A stretch of 9,552 bases of DNA, taken from IMG/VR virus record IMGVR_UViG_3300014922_000029. One strand, 5' to 3'. The position numbers and the translations under genes were made by a program. Numbering within the stretch: position 1 is the first letter of the stretch; each line of letters starts with the position of its first letter. Of the stretch, positions 5,835 through 9,552 are shown one piece after another. The notes beneath the pieces were generated by a model. That model had not been told where the DNA came from and made no database searches. It saw only the letters and a program-made list of their open reading frames with translations. Origin of the DNA: a virus (taxonomy: Duplodnaviria; Heunggongvirae; Uroviricota; Caudoviricetes).

Positions 5835-6893
5835 TCATCCGTTCTGACTGACTAAATTCTGAACTTCCCTGACCGTCTGCTCAAAACGCTCAGTCTCCAG
5901 CTCAACGCCAGTTGCACGACGTCCCAGCGCTATCGCTGCTTTGACTGTCGAACCTGACCCCATGAAGAAATCTGCAACCAGGTCACCCGGACGACTGCTC
6001 GCGCTGATTATCTGCTGCAGCATTTCTGCCGGTTTTTCGCACGGATGTTTCCCGGGATAGTACTGCACCGGTTTATGCGTCCACACATCGGTGTACGGCA
6101 CCTGCACCGTCACACCAAAATACCGCCGCAGATGCTTATATTCACTCTGCAGTTCCGTATACTGCCGGTTCAGTTCACTGTATGTGCTGACCAGTTGGTG
6201 ATGTGGCTTTTCCAGTTCTCCGCGCTGATGCTTATCTTCTGCCACCCGGGCAAACAGCGCCTGTAATTTCAGATAATCGCTTTCGTCCGGTAGCTGCCAC
6301 TGGCTGGCACTGAACCAGTGCGACACCATGTTTTTCTTTCCTGTGGCATCAGCAATCTGTTTTGCCGTTATCCCCAGGGCAGCACGCGCATCACGAAAGT
6401 AAGAAATCAGCGGGGCCATCACATGCTGTTTCAGTGCCCTGCCCTTCGCCTCATACCCGGCATCTTTCGGGCGATACGGCCCCTGATAATGTTCCGCGAA
6501 CAGAATGCGCTCTGTGGCGGGGAAATATGCCCTCAGGCTTTCCTTGTTGCACCCGTTCCAGCGTCCGGACGGCTTCGCCCAGATAATATGGTTCAGCACA
6601 TTGAAGCGTTCACGCATCATGATTTCAATGTCAGACGCCAGGCGATGGCCACAGAACAGGTAAAGACTTCCGGCAGGTTTCAGCACCCGCCAGAACTGCG
6701 CAAGACACTGGTCCAGCCACTTCAGGTAATCATCGTCGCCCTTCCACTGGTTATCCCAGCCCTCAGGCTTCACTTTAAAGTACGGCGGGTCCGTGACTAT
6801 CAGGTCAACAGAATTTTCGGGTAACGACCGGATAAATTCCAGGCAGTCGGCGTTGATTAACTCACAACTGGATATTTTTACAGTACTAAGCAT
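5835..6893 (-). CDS. DNA methyltransferase, beta-class amino-methyltransferase (DPPY catalytic motif near the N-terminus, FxGxG SAM-binding motif near the C-terminus); most likely N6-adenine
   Basis: 352-aa ORF with VTDPPYF at residues about 33-39 and DFFMGSGST near residue 310; this motif order defines the beta group. No restriction endonuclease gene nearby, so an orphan methyltransferase. Shine-Dalgarno at the ATG (6893) is weak. Confidence 0.85.
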   Translation of the reverse strand: MLSTVKISSCELINADCLEFIRSLPENSVDLIVTDPPYFKVKPEGWDNQWKGDDDYLKWLDQCLAQFWRVLKPAGSLYLFCGHRLASDIEIMMRERFNVLNHIIWAKPSGRWNGCNKESLRAYFPATERILFAEHYQGPYRPKDAGYEAKGRALKQHVMAPLISYFRDARAALGITAKQIADATGKKNMVSHWFSASQWQLPDESDYLKLQALFARVAEDKHQRGELEKPHHQLVSTYSELNRQYTELQSEYKHLRRYFGVTVQVPYTDVWTHKPVQYYPGKHPCEKPAEMLQQIISASSRPGDLVADFFMGSGSTVKAAIALGRRATGVELETERFEQTVREVQNLVSQNG

Positions 6894-7027
6894 GGATCAT
6901 TAAGCCTGTCTCTGATAGGCTCATTCTGCTTTTGCGCAAAGCAGTGGGCCTGAGGTTTGCTTGTGATCCGGACGCATGAGCAGATGGCTGGTGAGTGCCC
7001 CTAACACCCACCAGCCGCCCATTTACC

Positions 7028-7057
7028 ACAAATAAAAAAGCCTTCAGGACTGAAGGC
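7028..7057 (-). terminator. Intrinsic terminator (minus strand) overlapping the 3' end of the small ORF, upstream of the methyltransferase
   Basis: gccttca (7040-7046) pairs with tgaaggc (7051-7057) around loop ggac. The minus-strand RNA hairpin is followed by uuuuuuauuu (complement of 7028-7039). Confidence 0.55.
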
Positions 7058-7241
7058 GTCTGTAACAACCGAACTGATAGTCTGCCAGCCCCGCCATAAC
7101 AAGCTGGGTCAGTATTAACTGGCAGCGTTCACGTGAAAGGTAAGTATTCTGCGCAATCTCCCCGACTGTCGCCGGTTCGGTGGCACTTAATTCATTAAAC
7201 ACCACTCTGGCGGTTTCGGTCATATCCTGCTGTTTCAGCAT
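7044..7241 (-). CDS. Hypothetical 65-aa protein, possibly winged-helix-like, located in the late-operon leader between two terminators
   Basis: ATG at 7241 with good Shine-Dalgarno (aagggaaaaagacATG). Sequence MLKQQDMTETARVVFNELSATEPATVGEIAQNTYLSRERCQLILTQLVMAGLADYQFGCYRRLQS. The longer track ORF from 7328 begins at a GTG without a Shine-Dalgarno. Fold assignment is a guess from the helix-turn pattern. Confidence 0.45.
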   Translation of the reverse strand: MLKQQDMTETARVVFNELSATEPATVGEIAQNTYLSRERCQLILTQLVMAGLADYQFGCYRRLQS

Positions 7242-7363
7242 GTCTTTTTCCCTTTTCCGGTTAACGTGACACACCAATAACTCTTGTCGAAAAAGCCAGC
7301 AAGCTGAAAGACAGGTATTCACCGCCACCAGCGCGTTTACTGTACTGACGCGATTTCAGTCAT

Positions 7364-7385
7364 AAAAAACCCGCCAGGCGGCGGG
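7364..7385 (-). terminator. tR'-like intrinsic terminator about 65 nt downstream of the late promoter
   Basis: cccgcc (7370-7375) pairs with ggcggg (7380-7385) around loop aggc. The minus-strand RNA hairpin is followed by uuuuuu (complement of 7364-7369). Confidence 0.7.
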
Positions 7386-7417
7386 GTGTAAAAAATCTTC
7401 TAACGTCAGGCATAAAA

Positions 7418-7462
7418 CGCCCATCATTAGGGCAAATTTACCACAGATTCGGGAAAAATCAA
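7418..7462 (-). promoter_or_regulatory. Late promoter pR' with qut-like pause element (the Q engagement site)
   Basis: Minus-strand sequence just 3' of the Q stop: TTGATT (-35, 7462..7457), 16-bp spacer, TAAATT (-10, 7440..7435), then tgccctAATGATGGGCG. Lambda pR' has -10 TAAATT followed by tgactcaACGATGGGTT (from memory); the -10 hexamer and the downstream GATGGG core are shared. Predicted start near 7427. Confidence 0.6.
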
Positions 7463-7467
7463 CAAAG

Positions 7468-8289
7468 CTATCTGGTCACCTTTTTCAGTTGTTGTTCTGC
7501 CCATGCTTCTTCAATATCAAACTGCACCACCAGCGTATCGTAAAAACGTTTAACTGTTTTTTTCCATGTATCAAGAGATATGGCATCGGTTACATTACAT
7601 ATGGCATTAAATGCCTCCGTTGAAGGTAATCTTTCATAGCCACGCCCACCACAACGCTGACAGTTTCTGAAAACCGGCACACCCTGTTTTTCCGACTCTT
7701 CACGATGAATGGCAACACCGCGCCCACGACAATCTTTACAGGCAGTGGATACCTCTCCCTTCCCTCCACACTCCGGACAGGCAACTTTTACCACCTCCCT
7801 GACTTTTTTCCATTCCTCCCAGTAAGACGGATACACGCCTTTTGTGCACTTTGCCCACACTGGCGGCTTACCATCCGGATACTGGATCTTGTTTGTAAAA
7901 ACCTCGCTTTCAATAAATTTTTTTCCGTGACAGCAGGGGCACTGTTTTTTGCTCGCCGCGCTACGGGCATAATCTTCAAACGCATACGAAGCCATAATAC
8001 GCATCACTGCCGGTTTTATTTCTGCCGGGAGTTTTCTTAACGCCGCCACGCGATCACACCGACTGAGTGCATATTCTGTCAGCAATTCTGTTGCCCGCTC
8101 TCTGTCATTCATACTAATGCCCATTTTCCCAAGGAACGCAGAAAACCCCATCTCAGCCCGATTCTGTGTCATGCCCTGCGCGGCCATCACATCAGTGATA
8201 CTCAGCGCATCTTTCGACGTTGAGGCCGATGCATCAGTCAGGCCGGGGGATTTTGGGGAGTAGTATTTCGGTAAATCTTCCAGTTTCAT
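7468..8289 (-). CDS. Q: Late-gene antitermination protein Q (larger Q type with several CxxC zinc-binding motifs, QuuQ-like)
   Basis: 273-aa ORF. N-terminal MKLEDLPKYYSPKSP...ITDVMAAQGM resembles prophage Q antiterminators as I recall them. CxxC pairs CPCCHG, CPECGG, CKDCRG, CQRCGG. Sits immediately upstream of the pR'/qut-like promoter and tR'. Start overlaps the rusA stop (ATGA). Confidence 0.8.
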   Translation of the reverse strand: MKLEDLPKYYSPKSPGLTDASASTSKDALSITDVMAAQGMTQNRAEMGFSAFLGKMGISMNDRERATELLTEYALSRCDRVAALRKLPAEIKPAVMRIMASYAFEDYARSAASKKQCPCCHGKKFIESEVFTNKIQYPDGKPPVWAKCTKGVYPSYWEEWKKVREVVKVACPECGGKGEVSTACKDCRGRGVAIHREESEKQGVPVFRNCQRCGGRGYERLPSTEAFNAICNVTDAISLDTWKKTVKRFYDTLVVQFDIEEAWAEQQLKKVTR

Positions 8290-8666
8290 TTTTTGACCTG
8301 CCCTTCAAGCATTATGGGGTAAATCTTCACCCCCAGACGTCCACCAGATACTGGCTGGCCACGTACAATATTGATTTCATCAAACTGCTCATCGTCCATT
8401 AACAACCCCGCGTGCGTCAGCGCATCCAGCGGTGCTTTCAGAATATTGTCCAGGTCACGACGACGCTTATCCGGTGGCTCTGCAATAATCCTGATTACCA
8501 GCCTTCCGGACAGGCTTAATTTCAGCCGCTGCTGGCGAACAATAAGCGCCACAGCCCGGCGATAACGCTTTCCCTCCTCCGAGATAAAATATGTGCTGCC
8601 ACGGCGTCGCCAGTAAGTGTTCACCGTCGGCGGGTAAGGCAAAACAAATTCTATGCGTTCGGTCAT
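8286..8666 (-). CDS. rusA: RusA-family Holliday junction resolvase
   Basis: 126-aa ORF; the motif PPDKRRRDLDNILKAPLDALTHAGLLMDDEQ matches RusA (E. coli RusA has [23 protein letters not shown]). Sits in the ninG/rusA-to-Q position typical of lambdoid phages. Confidence 0.9.
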   Translation of the reverse strand: MTERIEFVLPYPPTVNTYWRRRGSTYFISEEGKRYRRAVALIVRQQRLKLSLSGRLVIRIIAEPPDKRRRDLDNILKAPLDALTHAGLLMDDEQFDEINIVRGQPVSGGRLGVKIYPIMLEGQVKK

Positions 8667-9552
8667 TTATGCTTTCCACTTCAGAACACCCGAATTTCTC
8701 GCGTGCATTAAAAAACGAATCAGCAACAACAGCTGACTGCCGTGTTTTTCTTCAAAATCTTTTACTCCGGCATGTAGTTTGTTATGGCATTTACGGCACA
8801 ACGGAATAACAAACAAATCGTCAGCCTTTGTTCCCATCCCTCCCAGTCCATGACCAATGATGTGATGCGGATCATCTGCCTGATTACCGCACGTCATGCA
8901 TTTCTGCGTTTTTACCCAGCGCGTGTATACAGGCATCTCTTCCCGTTGTGGTTTCTGGCGCTGGAGATACTGAGCCGGTGACTCCGGATCAACGGCAATG
9001 CTGACCACCGTCTTTTCCTGTGGCCGGATTTGTTGCTGGTGGGCGTGAAGTGGTAGCGCAATATTTTTTGTGCGCTGCTTCAGTATGCTGGTGGCTGTCT
9101 GCTCTCCCGGTATGATGTCGCTCTCGCGATAAAGCGAGCGGATTTTCTCCGCCGGTAATCCCAGTGAGCGGCGTAATACAGCCTCCGGTAGTGCGTCCGC
9201 TACCTGATTGCAGACCGCCCACCAAGATAATTCAGCCAGAGATAATTCACGCTCCTGCGTACCGCTTATTGCGTGACCGATGACGTCAATCATCCATGCT
9301 GACAGGTTTTGATGAGCAAGTTGCTCGAGTGATTCGGATGTCTGGTCACGCAGCTGGTTGTCGCAGTGCCAGCACAACACCATTGCGCCGGTACCATAAC
9401 GGTGAATGACGGTTTCGCTGTGATGATAATAGCCGTGTGGCCACTGGCAGGATTTAACATGGCGCAGTAACCAGTCAGACAATGCGCCAGCGCCACCAGC
9501 AGCACGAATCACTCGTTCGTCGCTGAAAAATGGCAGTAATGATTTATCCTCC
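8667..9552 (-). CDS. DUF968-like prophage protein (YdfU-like) with a C-terminal Cys/His-rich, HNH-like zinc-binding motif; N-terminus lies beyond the window end
   Basis: Reading frame is open from the window edge (9552) to the TAA at 8669..8667. The track start at 9512 is a GTG, and the frame continues upstream without a stop (EDKSLLPFFSDER-VIRAAGG...). C-terminal CMTCGNQADDPHHIIGHG...CRKCHNKLH. Stop abuts the rusA ATG (TAA-ATG). Family name is from memory. Confidence 0.55.
   Translation of the reverse strand, partial: EDKSLLPFFSDERVIRAAGGAGALSDWLLRHVKSCQWPHGYYHHSETVIHRYGTGAMVLCWHCDNQLRDQTSESLEQLAHQNLSAWMIDVIGHAISGTQERELSLAELSWWAVCNQVADALPEAVLRRSLGLPAEKIRSLYRESDIIPGEQTATSILKQRTKNIALPLHAHQQQIRPQEKTVVSIAVDPESPAQYLQRQKPQREEMPVYTRWVKTQKCMTCGNQADDPHHIIGHGLGGMGTKADDLFVIPLCRKCHNKLHAGVKDFEEKHGSQLLLLIRFLMHARNSGVLKWKA

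Noticed and set aside
6318-6824. Plus-strand ORFs (168 aa and 74 aa) inside the methyltransferase gene
   Set aside because: Antisense to a gene with clear catalytic motifs; GC-rich antisense frames commonly stay open.
7044-7328. 94-aa version of the leader ORF starting at 7328
   Set aside because: It starts at a GTG with no Shine-Dalgarno; the in-frame ATG at 7241 has a strong one.
7705-8040. Plus-strand ORF of 111 aa inside Q
   Set aside because: Antisense shadow; no support.
1-9552. CRISPR arrays, integrase, attachment sites or IS elements
   Set aside because: No regularly spaced direct repeats, no integrase- or transposase-like frames and no terminal inverted repeats; the window is internal to the prophage late region.

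Overview
This window is the late-gene and lysis region of a lambdoid prophage of the E. coli / Enterobacteriaceae type, with every convincing gene on the minus strand (transcribed right to left). The backbone resembles an Stx phage but carries no stx genes. In transcription order: a DUF968-like protein (N-terminus cut by the window edge), RusA resolvase, antiterminator Q, a lambda-like late promoter (pR'/qut) with an intrinsic terminator about 65 nt downstream, a small winged-helix-like ORF with a second terminator, a DPPY-type DNA methyltransferase, tRNA-Ile(CAU) and tRNA-Arg(UCG), an AT-rich moron encoding a lipoprotein with a TolA C-terminal-like domain (at the position stx occupies in Stx phages), a structured non-coding stretch with a strong terminator, a NanS-p-type sialate O-acetylesterase, two small ORFs, an S21-like pinholin with dual start, a YdfR-like protein, a SAR-type endolysin (interrupted by a 112-nt N run), a bidirectional terminator, a 37-aa hydrophobic ORF coupled to Rz, and Rz itself (C-terminus cut by the window edge). 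The most interesting items are the TolA-like lipoprotein moron, the Q/pR'/tR' architecture with a leader ORF, a candidate plus-strand small RNA, and the small ORF coupled to Rz. All calls come from reading the sequence and from remembered protein families; no database search was run.
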